In this document: one piece after another, positions 24,356-37,343 of the stretch
How the letters are laid out: each line of letters starts with the position of its first letter
Numbering within the stretch: the stretch's first letter is position 1
Assembly: GCA_002633005.1 (NCBI GenBank)
Contig: NMRA01000573.1
Location: 62,001 to 126,000 of the forward strand
From: Phoronis australis
Lineage: Eukaryota; Animalia; Phoronida
Direction of reading: 5' to 3'
Length of the DNA: 64,000 nt
The notes under the pieces: generated by a model
What the model saw: only the letters and a program-made list of their open reading frames with translations
What the model was told of the DNA's origin: nothing
Databases searched by the model: none
Program-made: the position numbers and the translations under genes

Positions 24356-25675
24356 AACTTTACACTCGTGACAAAATGATGAGCTGACGAGATATGATAT
24401 GTGACGTGTTTTGACTTAAAAATAGGTCACAAACTCGTTCTTTCCGGCGTCGTTCCGCGGCGGCTTTTAGTGACCTTGAAAAGAAAATCTGTCAGTGTCA
24501 AGACTCAAACAATATTTGACACGACGAATGAAAATTGTTAATATTAGTAATCAAGTGGGAGAGATTCATGCAGTATGAAAATATAACAAATATAAACCTT
24601 CATATTGCGGTATCGTTGAGAGAGCTCAACACAGTTCAGTTTTATCCTCCGGGTAGTGAATACCGTGTAAAAAGTTATTGAGAGACGTCCCTCATGACTG
24701 AGTTGCGTTTGCTCTGTGCTCGGCTTCAGCCACGTTGTGTTTTCGTAAGGACTCTGAACTCAACTCTCTCTCTCTCACCCACCGGCTTTTGTTGTTTTTG
24801 TTGAAGTCAGTCTCGGATTTAGGGGGTGGCCATCCCAGATTTCTTGGCAGTTAGGGGGTGCGAATGTCTGACGGAGTTTTGCGTTGTTACTTGTTTCAAA
24901 ACTCTAGTATTGTTTCTACTGTGGTACCTAAGAAGATATTTACTGTTTACGGACACAATTTTTGCCTACACAAGCCACAAGTCTTTCCTGGCGGATGGAA
25001 AAGTTGTCAGATGATGCAATAACTGTTTATCTCAGAACGAGCCTACGTGTGCTTCAACACTTTTGCTGTAGCACCGATACTGTGAGAATTTAGTGAACAA
25101 GCCCGGCCGTGGGATCAGCTATAGGCCTACATGTCTCTGCATGGACATGAAGATCGTCTGCAATGAAGCGGTATTCTACCCCCTGAAGTCAGTGATAATC
25201 TTTAACCCACCAGCCGCAAAATACTACTGATTTAGACCACTTCCTGGCCGTTATAGAATTGGTGTCGATTAGTTCCTTCCTCAGCTTGAATTTAACGATT
25301 TCTAGGCGTAACAAGAACTGGTACCGTAATACGTTATTAGTTGAGCCCAGTAGCTCGTCAACAGAGCGCCCCCGCCGGGTCCGGCATTTGATGCGTCAGA
25401 CACGGTTTCAAAAACGAACGGTCAGGTCTTTCCACACAAAGAATAACTCCTCGTGTGAACGAAATTACGACCACAGCAATTCTTACTGTAACGGGAATCG
25501 CTGGAGCGTCCAGCACCGACTTTCTATTTTACTTTTTTGACTGTGTCGCAAGAGTAAGTCGCAGTGTTGTGTATTTTTTCGTTCGTATCGCAAGCGAAAG
25601 AACCGTGGTGACATCTTACAAGAGAGAAACAACAGGGACAAATTAGTTACAAGATAAACTTTCAATACATCCTCT

Positions 25676-26153
25676 GACGTCATCATCACCAGTTACTTTA
25701 GTTTGCCGGGTCGATTCTAAGCCCCCCTAGACAGCAGTTAAAGTCGAAGTCACGTTAAAGTTAAAGCCAATGAAGTTGAGACTCTTACCAGACAGAAAAT
25801 AGACCCAATAGAATTCCAAATTAACTGCCGAAGAGGCCCGTTTTTATATGCAATTCTGCAGTGTTCCAAAATACGCTAGGAGTCTAAAGTTTGGGGCCAA
25901 AACCGATAAAATGTAAAATCAAATTTGCGTCATCGCGGGAAGTGCCAAATTTGGGATTTAGGTAATGGAAACCAACTATAGGCCAGTTCCTGCAAAATTG
26001 TGACATGTTTATCTCACGGCGACTAATCCAATAGGAGGCGTTTCCGTCACATTTGCAAACTTTTGTACGACTGCCCAGTTCCTATGTTTTCCCAATCTCA
26101 GTAGCATGTTTTTACGATCGCACTGTCGTAGTTCAGATCGTAAGATAATTAAG
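25676..26153. repeat. Local duplication, copy 2 (uninterrupted); promoter-like
   Basis: Homologous to 19590-19709 plus 20904-21345; contains TGACGTCA, TGCGTCA, CCAAT and TTCCT motifs. Confidence 0.85.
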
Positions 26154-28636
26154 TATTTGATGAATTCTGGTCGCACAATCAACTTATAGTCATTATCGCA
26201 GTAGTACGTCCTTTTAATTGTAAGGGTGCCTAGTTGGGAACTTAATTCGTACGGCATACTTAAGCCACTTCAAGATTATTTGCGTCATGAGGAGATTGCA
26301 CGACACTCTCAAGTCGTTGGTCCGACCATGTATCTTAGGTGGCATGTACAGAAACTGTGTGGAATTTGTCCGGGTATAAAAATGGTCCCGTCTACTCTAG
26401 AATATCCTTTGTACGCGGATTACATAGCCTGTGTATGTGTATGTGTATTTACATGTATATGTATATATTTGTATATATAGCCTACATATAATATATGTCA
26501 GAAAACTCTCAGGCTTGCATCAAATGTGAATTTGTACACGTTTGACCCCTAACGACGCGCAAATGATGTACTCCTGTCTTACGAGCACCTTACGATCGCT
26601 TTGCGATTTTCCGTTCGGAAAATGTAAGGAGTTCATACTCAAGAGTTAAGTTCCCCCCCTTCACCAGAGCAACGTCAGGTCTATCTCCGATCACAGCAAG
26701 AATTTTATTCAATGTGTCCCCTCCTCCTGATCCTAAACATAATCTACAAATATCTTGTGTAGTTAAAAATGGCTTTTTCAGCCATCTGCATGTGTCCTTT
26801 TCAGCGGTAAAATAAGATGCAAAACAAGCCATGCATAGCTCCAGAGGTAATTGCTGATTTTCTTTCATGGAAGACGAACGCCCCACTAATTTCTGAAGTA
26901 CGGTAAGTTAATGCTTCTAATTTTCTAAGAATGGGGTTATTTTTGGAGAGTCGAACTCGTTTTATCTCAGCATAGAGTAAAAATGAGTGCGCATTCTGGC
27001 TTGAGGGCGTGGTCCGCTTCGATACTTTATAGATGCATATTTGATGCCAGGACCTTAACGTCAAGAAACATGTATGCGCTTGTCTGAACGGGATATCATT
27101 AGCTAAACACCACCGTTGAGATAGAAAATGTAACGTTTCAACATAGAATTGAATGGAAAGAAAACTGAACGTCTTTTCAAAACCTTATATATTATTTTTA
27201 TACATCATTGTAACAATATAAAGTGAATACAGCAAAAACCTGAGAAAATGATAGTGATGCATATCATTGAATATTTCAACCAACGAGGAAATAGAATAAA
27301 ATAATTAGTGTGGATGCTGATAAATGAATAAAAGCACGATGAAACGAATCGAAAGATGTTAAAGATACACTTTCCACTGATTTCCAATTAGAAATGGACT
27401 AATCTCGTTTAAACTTGTTCCCTGTTGATTCTCTTTCGACACGTAATGAGTTGTCTTCAGGATAATCAGAATTAATTGTGGAAATTTCAAAATAATTTCC
27501 GGTAGTGACCAACAAAATGGCCGCCAAAGTTGGATGCCGTTGAACTAAAACCTGTTGTAAATAGCCAGTGAACACGCAAATACACGCAGTGCTGTATTTT
27601 ACAAAATGTTCGTATTTTAGTGACGTTTCTAGATTGATGAAATTCATTCTTTGTTTTTTGTAAACTGGTGAAAATAAGAGATCAGAGATCTTCTGTACAT
27701 TGCTGCCATTTTATTTTCCAGACTTGAAAATCTCTTATGATACGTTTCATCGTCTTTCTATTTGTCAATTTTCTATTCTCATCTCACGTCAGTAACGGGT
27801 GTTATATCTAAATTTATTTACAACAAATACTTTTTGTACAAGTTAAACATTTTATGAACAACCTATAGACCCAGTTATACAGGAAGGCGAGATATACATG
27901 ATTTCATCAGGCCAGAAGCCGTCAAATCAACAATCAGCCGTCCTATAAAAGAATGTCTGCTAAATATGTACAACAAATGACCATAATAATGAGGCACCGA
28001 ACTCGGTTTGCATTACACTTTCATTTAGTATAGCGTTTTCACCAGTTTGAAATTTGAACTAATTCATTAAAATGGTTGTATCATCGCGTCCTGTTTTCCA
28101 GTTAATTTTAAGAGGACTGGAGTTCCTACGACCACCAGAGGCTCCAGGTACCTGTTTGATAAGGCAAGAGTTGTGTGAGTTTGGAGAGATCACGTAAATC
28201 GTCGCCGGACATCTTTATCTATTTCAAGAGGAGCACGTGATTTCACTGGGGTTTGCTCGTAAATCATGTCCATCGTTATTGAACGCACACCAGGTCAGTT
28301 CCAAATATGATCTCAGTGTACATGCAGTGTTCCGTCGGTAAAAACGCGCAACGACGACAGTTTGTTTAGAAAAAAAATGCGATGTGACGACAGCCATAAA
28401 ACATTAATTTTTCTAAAGACTTAAGCGGACCGCACACTTAAATTGTTTACTCAGCTAACAGATTCGCTTGCCAGCTGACTCGGCTGTTAAACACACGACA
28501 TTTTCGAACTTTCTGCTACCTTGTGTCAAAGTTATTCTTTTATTGCAAAGTTAAACTTTAGTGCCTCTTTACTAATGGACCAGACCTTAACCACCAGCTC
28601 CAAAGGAACACGATTGGTATGTAACTACCGCGGTCA

Positions 28637-31600
28637 CTAGTTCAAAAGTTCACTGGAAATGCCACCCAATGATGAAAAGGGGTTATTGAAGAAGCACGGG
28701 AACCGTCCAGGGTTACGTTCGTTCTCTCTAATGTTCAGGTCGATACTTTGGCTGTTCGTATGTCCGTTGTGGTCTTCGACGATACACCTAAAACAAAACA
28801 AAGCCCCAGTTAACGCCTCATACGCTATTTACGGCGAAGGACCTGTGAGACCAAAGGGGGCAATTCGCCCGGGTCCACTTCGCAGATGAGGACGAATTAT
28901 GAAAGGATATACAATTAAAAATTATAAAAATTAGAAAAATATTTCCATCACTCGAGAGCAGGTATGGGAGGAAATTTGCCTAAGTGCGACTGCACAACGT
29001 TTTACGTGTAGGTGCGCGCGTGTGTGGCTTGCGTGTGTGTGCGTGTGTGTGACGCCTCTGATAAGACTGGCAATGAACGTCTTAACCGCATTACGTTGAC
29101 CGAGTTGGTCGCGTACAGGAAACAAAACAAGATAAACTAGCTAACAATATGTACTATTTCGGATACCTCGAAGCCAATTCTTTAGAGTTTGACCTGTGAA
29201 AGTCGTGGTTTGTGAAGTGCTGAAGATAATTTGTGCAATTCCTAACAACTTAACACGACTCGGAAGCCACACCTATTAAATATTAAGTAATCGGCAAAGT
29301 GGCATTAAAATTCGTGAGAAAGAGATATACGACTAAAATCGCTATGTGAAAAAGTTGCTGAGCTTTTGCAATGTACATTTTGTTGTACAGTAATTAAGTG
29401 CCAACAAATAACAAATTAAGTCACTTTAGACCATGAACTCGGTCTAGTAATATTCCTTTCCCTGGTAGGAGTTCCGTTTCAACAAGAGCATCGAAACAGC
29501 GATTCGAGAAACTCTTCGCATTGCCTGCTATTTGAGTGGGGCAACAATTCAGGATAAGGGTAGCAATGTTTGATACCTCCAAAAACCTTCGGTTTAAGAA
29601 TTCAATATCGACAGCTCAAACCTGCTGCTTAAATTTCCAGCTTTCATATTTGCGTGAAACTTTTCCACGGGTATCAGCGTCGAGCTTCAATATGAGCAAA
29701 GTGTTGCTTTTTATAGTGTGCAACAAATAGACCCACCTCGGGAGCGCCAAGCTTCACAAATCATGTGGTACAGTACTTGGTATTAGTGTGAACACGGATA
29801 TCGTCTTTCAATCGGCTTTAAGGAGTCATACCAGGTATACCGCAGTAATTTACCCCCCCCCCCCCCCCCCCCCNGCATCACTACACTACACTTTTGACCT
29901 TGTCCATCAATCAAAAATAGATGTAACGTTCTAATTGTAACTCAGCGCTTAGAGTTACCTGTATTCACCACTATCCCTTGTTGTTATGCACGGAATCGTG
30001 ACGGCCATCTTTACTTCGGCATATCTGTATCCGTGACTCACTTCCTCGTGCTCAAATATACGTTTCCTTGGCGGGCTTATAATCCTGCGACCAGAGCCAC
30101 CCTGGAATAACGACGTTAACCATTAGGCGCTGGCGAAACATGGCATTAATTAAAAACAAATTATTTCAAAAGAATCGACTCAAATTGAACAGGCATAATG
30201 GCCAACGAACAAGTAGTTAAGATACGATTATTTTTGAGTGAAATATAAGTTTTAATGGCGAGTGTTTCTATGTTTTGATTTTGCGTCTATCAAGTTCCTA
30301 AGTAAGGGAAGTCAACATTTGCGGATTTGTGGGAGGCAAAAATCTTGTTCTACATGCATTTAATTTGAAAATTTTCACAAAATAATGTTATTTTCCATTT
30401 GAGGACAATATCGCTGACTTTGGTTGGGACCCTTTCACACCAAACTCATTGCATGTGATAACACCGAAGGAACCATCACACTATATCGAATTCAAGAACC
30501 CACGTAAAAGAACTGCAGCTTCCCTCATTTGCTCAAAATTCCCGATGTGAGGAAGAAACTAACGCCGAACAACAGGGCACCTTGACTTCCCTGTTCGTGC
30601 TCAAAATTCTTCTCTCACGAACACTATCCCTCTCTCATGGACGTATATTCAGCCTCCCTCACACTTTTCGCATCCCACAGACATACGTGTATTTTATGGT
30701 TATTTACCCTAGAATGCGGCTACCATTTTGCATGATTTCATGAAATCTCTACACACAAATCAAATGTGAATAGTCTCTACTTGAAAACACATTCCAGCCA
30801 ATTTTCGATTGATTCTTCTTTACTGAATTACTTCACAACCGTAACCTTTAATCTACAAAAATGAAAACAAAGAAAAATATTCATAGACTACAATGCAGTG
30901 ATTATGCTATTAAACTTATTTTGCGCTCATGTCGCTTGTCCTCGTGCGCAGTACGGATATTGATGTGTGGATATATTTTACATAGTTCATTCATGCTATG
31001 CAACGAAAAAAATCCATTTTACTTTAAATATTCATATAATTTATCGAAAAACTTGAAACAGCAACCACGAGAAATTATAACGAAAACAGTCCAGCAGCTC
31101 GATCGACGAGATAATGACATCAAACTCCAAAACCCAGTTCTAGTGATTTTACCAAAGAACTAGCTCCGTCACCTTCTACATTGCAGAACTGGAAAATATG
31201 GCATACACTCTGTGAATAGCAAACAAATGTCCTAATAAAGTAATGTTCGAATAACGATTCTAACATTTTAACACAGGTGGTCATTGTTTCAGTAACTAAG
31301 CTTTGTTTTATCATAACAATCTAAGGCGATTTAGTAAATCTGATACCATGACTTGAAGTTATTTGCACCAATATTCTTGCTCAAGCACCCGCATAGAAAA
31401 GTCTCAATCTAACTGAAAAACAAATGACTGCCTGAAGGATTAATGATTAATGTAAATCATGTGTTTTGAGAACTAATGCGGCGATGTCTGAAATTGTCTT
31501 ATATAATATCGAACCAAGTTCAACTGAAAAGAGGGGAGGACAGTTCATAAATCAGGTTGCGTGTTTCGATAAAGAAGCCTTGCCCATCTATGACCATGAT

Positions 31601-34600
31601 TTTGTGAGCAGAAAGACAAACAAATCAAACCGGTGTCATGGTATTCTTTATTGCGATACTACATATCGAAACCATCAGCGACTAAAAAAACGTTTCAGAG
31701 TTTGTCAGGGTTGAAAAAACTTCAAATTGAAAAATTCGAAAATGGAGCATGTACTGTAGACAGTTTATGAAATCCTACCACGGTAACGAATGGTAAGGGC
31801 CTAAATCGATTTTCGTTTTTCACAGCGCAAAATGCAACTTTAAGAGGTTCCTTGTTCAAATCAGTAGTATTATCGAGACCAGGCTATACAAGTTGGCTTG
31901 TCACGGTGTAACATTTTATGCGCATAGTATGGTCTCGACGAGTAAACGTAATGTCAGCTCTATTGAATATGATAACTTTGTTCCGGCAAGATTTCAATCA
32001 GTGATGAAGTAAGCTCAGAGTATTAACTACGAACTACAGTATACGCGGAGATTTATTCTTAGAATTGAGGCTGCGTTTCTGAATCCGGGGTTCTCGATGC
32101 AAGTGGCATTAGCGCATGCGACTTGCACCACAAGGAACACAGTTTAACTAGTTTAAAATTGTTTTTTATAATCTTACCTCAAGAGGGCGTCCATTTTTGG
32201 TCCACTTCACTGTCATCAAAGTGTCAGCAGCGATGAGCGTCCTGCATGTAAGTTTGAGTCGGTTACCTTCGGTGAGTTCTTTACTTTTCATGATGATATG
32301 TGGTCTCGGCATGCTGGTGGAGGCTACGTGTAAAAGGAATTGTATTACATTTGGAGGGACCAGAAGTGAGCATGACTCGATTGTTGGTGAGTTAAAAAGA
32401 AAAAGCACACTTATTTGCTATCTTGTGAATACAGTGAACTTTGTTGTCGTTGGTTCCTGCCAACACACGACACCATTTTTCGCGGGAACTTCTTAGTTTT
32501 TTTTTAAATGCAAGGCCTCGTCGTTTAAATAAAATTCATGGCTTTAGTACAACATTCAGTCATTCACAAAAACTGATTCACAAAAACCGTAAGAAAACCA
32601 AACGAATGAAAGATCGAATCGTCGAGCAGTCACATTGAGCTGATCGGAGCCTAAAGTTTTTCAGACTTATCAGGACTGATTTACGTATGCCTTTGAAATG
32701 CACTTTTGTAATTTCACATGCAGAAAACTGCCTTGTATAAATGGCTGTACGGTGTGAACCACAGGAGAGGTGTTACAATGCAAGCAGGTGTGAGCCGTGC
32801 TTTTCACTACTTACCAAAATAATGCAGTATAAAGCGACGCGTGTCGGTCTTGGGACCAAGCTGTGCTTTACATTCGAACTGACCGTTGAAGTAAACGTTA
32901 GGAAAGAGCAGGGAAAACCCTAACCGTGGATCGTAGAGAATATCTTGGTTCAATCGTAGCTCTTCGTTACCGTTGACTCTAGTGAGAGTTACTTGTGCAC
33001 TTGGGTTGTTGACAAGACAAGGGATAATATTCGTTCTGTTGGGTCCAAGGCCCACAAACTTCAGTTCATCTTTGTCTTTGAACAGCGTATCTGGATCTAC
33101 AAAATAAATTTAAAGTAACCAAAAGTAAATTAGGTGCAGAAGACAATTTTCTAACTATGGTAAGTCGGATAGAAGTTAAATCAAGCGCGTCTGTGGACAA
33201 ATCCCTAACAACTATAGATTCCACAATTCATTGAAACCACCATCTAATGCAGTCATTGCATTTAGATGATCAACGAATTTGACAACAAAAATCTTCAGTT
33301 TTTGGATGAATGGTCGAGTCGAAAAATGGTGTAACTTGACATTATTGGCAAATTTCGTTTCTCTCACGCCTACTTCGAGGTAGAAAGAATACGACGTCGT
33401 CAGCAAATGTTTTCAGGGAATTATTTTGGCGATGTCTTCCGCTTACCTTCCAAAAGGGATCGTATCTGCGCATTTACAATATTTTGATTGTATATTAATC
33501 CGCATAAAAACACTGCAACGTTTAAGAAACTCCCCATTTTACTGCAGAAGTCGTACAGCTTCGTTTTGTGGTCGCAGTCGTGGATGTGATTGTAAATGTA
33601 AATGGCGGCTTTTTATGTATCTCTCATTGACCGCCGACGGAAATTGTCTAGATACGATAAGTGCATGGTAATTGGATATTTACAGAGCAGAAAATTGCTT
33701 TTGTAATAATGTCCGTTGATAATGTCGGGTCAAAGAACACATAAAATGCAATGGGTAATTATGAATTATGCTGTAATATTTTCATTATGAGTTATTACTT
33801 CTTCAACTGATTGTTAGTATTAAAGTAGGAAGATAATGTCGCCATTAATGAATATTGGGTTTTGAATTTTAAGGGTGAGAGATCAAACTATTTTGGCCCA
33901 AATCTGAAGAGATAAATGACTGTTTCACGCTCATAACGGTCGACAAAAATCAGTTGCTAAGCAACAGGTGTGCGTGTGTAATTCCCGGCGGGTACTCAAA
34001 TATCAGTCACAAAACAATCGTTCACTACCAGATGTGCCGTTATAGGCCAATTTAGTGACGAATGTATTGCGTTTGTATGATCTGCCACTAAAACAATGCA
34101 AAAGATGTCGTGGGCGAACGATCTCATTTACATATTGGTTGAGGGATATGTACATTCAAAATCTTCAAAACACAACACCTGCTGGGTACCCCGAGAATAA
34201 AAAATAATTCCCCGAGTCAGCACCGCATTCATTATGCAAGAATGAAAATTGTCTTGAAAATCATAAGATGTTTCTCGCTCACCAGTCACAAATATGTACA
34301 GCGACGATACATCCGACACTCCAAGTTCATTCGTTTCATGTCGACACCCGTAAAATCCTGTATCTGCCGAGGTAGAGTTCTCCAGCACAAGCTGAGAGAC
34401 ATGAGTGTTGCGCCTGGAACTGTATCGCGTATTTATTTCTATTCTGGATTCATTTAACTGAAACATTAATAAATACATTGTTAAATATGCATATATTTAT
34501 GAATGTTGGAGTCAAATGCAAAAGCACACTGGTCAGAAGGGCACAGACCAAAACGACTCGTGAAACGGTTCAGATATTAAACTTACCGCGGCAGTAGGGT

Positions 34601-36266
34601 ATGACCACGATATGGGATGATTTCCGCGGCACTGTAACCTCACAGAGGATCCTCTGTGTATAGTGATGCTTTCCTGGTGCGTCGGACTTTGGACGACTAG
34701 TGTGGGGGCGTCAAAGCCAATAACTAGATCTGAAATAATTATCATATGGGGTAGTTAAAATTATACGAATTAGATCGTAATGCGTAATAGCAAAGAGAAA
34801 AGTTGGATCAAAAAGTCGTTTGTTAATTAAATAGATTGTGAGCAAATGGAACACCATGGAATGCGTACGGTTAAAAAATAATCCCACAAGAACAAAACAA
34901 TGTTAAGTTCACTGACAAAAACATAAAGGTTGAACAGATTTTCAAAGAAATGGTATTTAGGCAAACCAAGTCCTAAAACTTGAAAATGACGTGTCCTGCG
35001 GTAATATTTTAACGTGTTTTGAATGATGCTCTGAAACTCATTAGTTTTGTCTCAATGCAATATCCGGAAATCTACTTATTCAGACAGCCGGAAGCTTACT
35101 TAATACAAGGTTGATAATCGACAGAAACTTTAAACAAGGTGTCGTCAACTGATAACTTGATCAAACGTGTAGATTTTGAAGGCGTTAGATATGAACAAGA
35201 GAGAGTCTCAAGTCTTTGCCCTACTTCATAAAAGTTTAACCTCAGACGCGAAAATTCCTGACTGGTCCTCACCATAAACGTACATAAAAAAGAAGTTTGA
35301 TGTACTGACTAAAAATTGTATAATTGAGGGAAATTTTAGGTGGTGGTACTGGCGGAAAGTCAGAGAACACATGTGCCTGTGCCCGCTGCAGACACACCCA
35401 TCCTACCATATATGGTAAAGACTCACGTGGATGAGACTAATACACGATAACTCTGCCACATCATCGGTTAAATATTGTATCATGATGAAGTTTATGTCAT
35501 CAGTCAACACCTGAGTCAGTGTGAACATGACAAGGTAAGTTATGTTTACCGAGGCGTGAAACGGCACTAGGAAACATATTAATGGTATAATCGCACTGAA
35601 TACAATGAAGTCGTACTCGCATGAGTCACCAGGAGTCAGTGTGTGTCAATAGGCAAAATTCTGTTTTGCGACGCAGTGAACGTCAGTGTTTTTAAAACCA
35701 GAAAGAAAAGAGCAAAGCGAGATTGCTTGCAATTACAGTCCGTTACTCCAAAGTCTTCTGAAAACCCATACAGGTTTCGTGTTTGTACTGAGCCTGCATA
35801 TTGTATAAACTAATAGAAGTGTAAACCAAATCAACGGTAAGCAAGTCAAAGCCTTTCGGATGTCACATAAAGTTGTGAGGGTTTCAGTTAAAGGTTCACC
35901 GATCTTTAAAAGTCGAAGATCCAAATGTGTTACTTGTTCTTGCTGAACAACAACGGCAAGTCTATTTTATCTATTTTTGTTTAAAACTTTTGTAACTTAA
36001 TTAGGCCATGGTTATTTAGCTCTGGTTATGACAAGATAATCATCACGTTTCAAGCCTCGCCAACTGTAACAGTAGATCAGCCTTGGGCAATATATCTCTG
36101 CCTCAAAGCTAAACTACGCTCACCGCTGCTGCTACATGTACTAATCGTAGTAGGCCTACGGTAGTAATTACTACTAGTTTTATTCCATTAATCGTTTGTG
36201 TTATTCCTATTATTCCAAGAGCTAAGTATCATCATCATCATTATTATTATGATAATTGTTATCAAC

Positions 36267-36299
<33 letters not shown>

Positions 36300-37343
36300 C
36301 ATTTAAGTAACAACAGTGCCAATAAAAATAATATTTTAGTTGAATTGTCTGCAAAGTAAAATGGGTTTCTCGCGAGCCCAGTCGAAGAAAACAGTCAATC
36401 ACCTCCGGCGGATCTAGCATGCGCGCACCCAGGGGGGGGGCTCCTTCGCTCGGGGGGCTCGAAGGAGCCCCCCCCCCATTTGGCGAAGTGGGCAAAAAGG
36501 TCCGCCCCTGAGAGACAAAATGTCCGAGGAAATGGGACAAAAAGTCCAGTAAATAAGCGCAAACGCGCAAATCACAGTGGTGCTCCCGTATTTATTTTTT
36601 CTTAGTTATTAGCAAAAGCTCCATAACGTCAGGAATTCGAGCCCCCCATTTTGAAGGCTGGGTGCGCCCTAGACTCTAGGGTGCCATAACAGAGGGTACA
36701 TGCAACCACTTTCGAGAGAACAATGTCCGCGTAGTCCTAAAAACCCCAAGGGGGGTCTATTTTTTCTTTTCATTCATTCGGGCTCATTGATGCAACACCC
36801 TAACCGCCCCCTAAATTCACTTGAGATATACTTTTCAAACCCTTGACTTGAATTTAATTCTGACAAACGCGATAAAAGTCTCAGATCACACTCATCGCCA
36901 TATCCGTCAGATAATAACGTTGCTACTCAGTGTCATTTCAGACGATATATTGGGCACTGGCACAACAGGTCAATCGTCGACTGGAATCGTTGGAATTTCG
37001 CCGACTCAACCCGGCAAATTGTAAGTCTGGTTTTAAACAGAAACTTGTGCCCACGGCGACCTGGGTCAGGAATTCTGAAAACATATTGATTTAATCTTTA
37101 CACATACAGCGGAATGTTGTGGCCAGATTCTTATGGTTTGCCTCCTGAAAACGCTCAATGATTGGAAAGTTTAATTTACAGTGGGTGCTTCCACTCGCTA
37201 TTTTCATTAGTTCCAACAAATTCCAACACATGCTGGTTGTTGTTTGTTCACACTAGTTGTTCACAAAAATTATATAAAATCCAGATCAACACATAAAACT
37301 TACCGAAAAGTAAACATGAGAGTAAAAACAATAAATTCCTCAT
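28637..37343 (-). CDS. Secreted VEGFR/PDGFR-ectodomain-like protein with three Ig domains (PDGFRL-like architecture), 359 aa
   Basis: Seven phase-consistent exons: 37304-37343, 34587-34729, 34283-34457, 32815-33096, 32178-32323, 29959-30101, 28637-28787 (1080 nt). Signal peptide MRNLLFLLSCLLFDLVIG. Ig1 LQCRGNHPISWSYP..DTGFYGC..SLYIFVTDP; Ig2 IIPCLVNNPSAQVTL..YDPRLGF..FECKA; Ig3 LKLTC..VKWTKNG..DSGEYRCIVEDH. TAG stop after a short tail; minus-strand AATAAA near 27813. Confidence 0.88.
36228..36300. repeat. (ATC)n/(ATT)n microsatellite
   Basis: Visible trinucleotide runs. Confidence 0.9.
36405..36672. mobile_element. GC-rich MITE-like insertion
   Basis: GCGCACCCAG...CTGGGTGCGC inverted ends, GGGGGGCTC/GAGCCCCCC motifs, and a GGCGGATCTAG start resembling other hAT-like ends in the window. 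Confidence 0.55.

Noticed and set aside
12250-28600. Remaining Ig, transmembrane and tyrosine-kinase exons of a full-length VEGFR
   Set aside because: No GxGxxG, HRDLAARN, DFG or transmembrane exon was found on the minus strand before RSF1.
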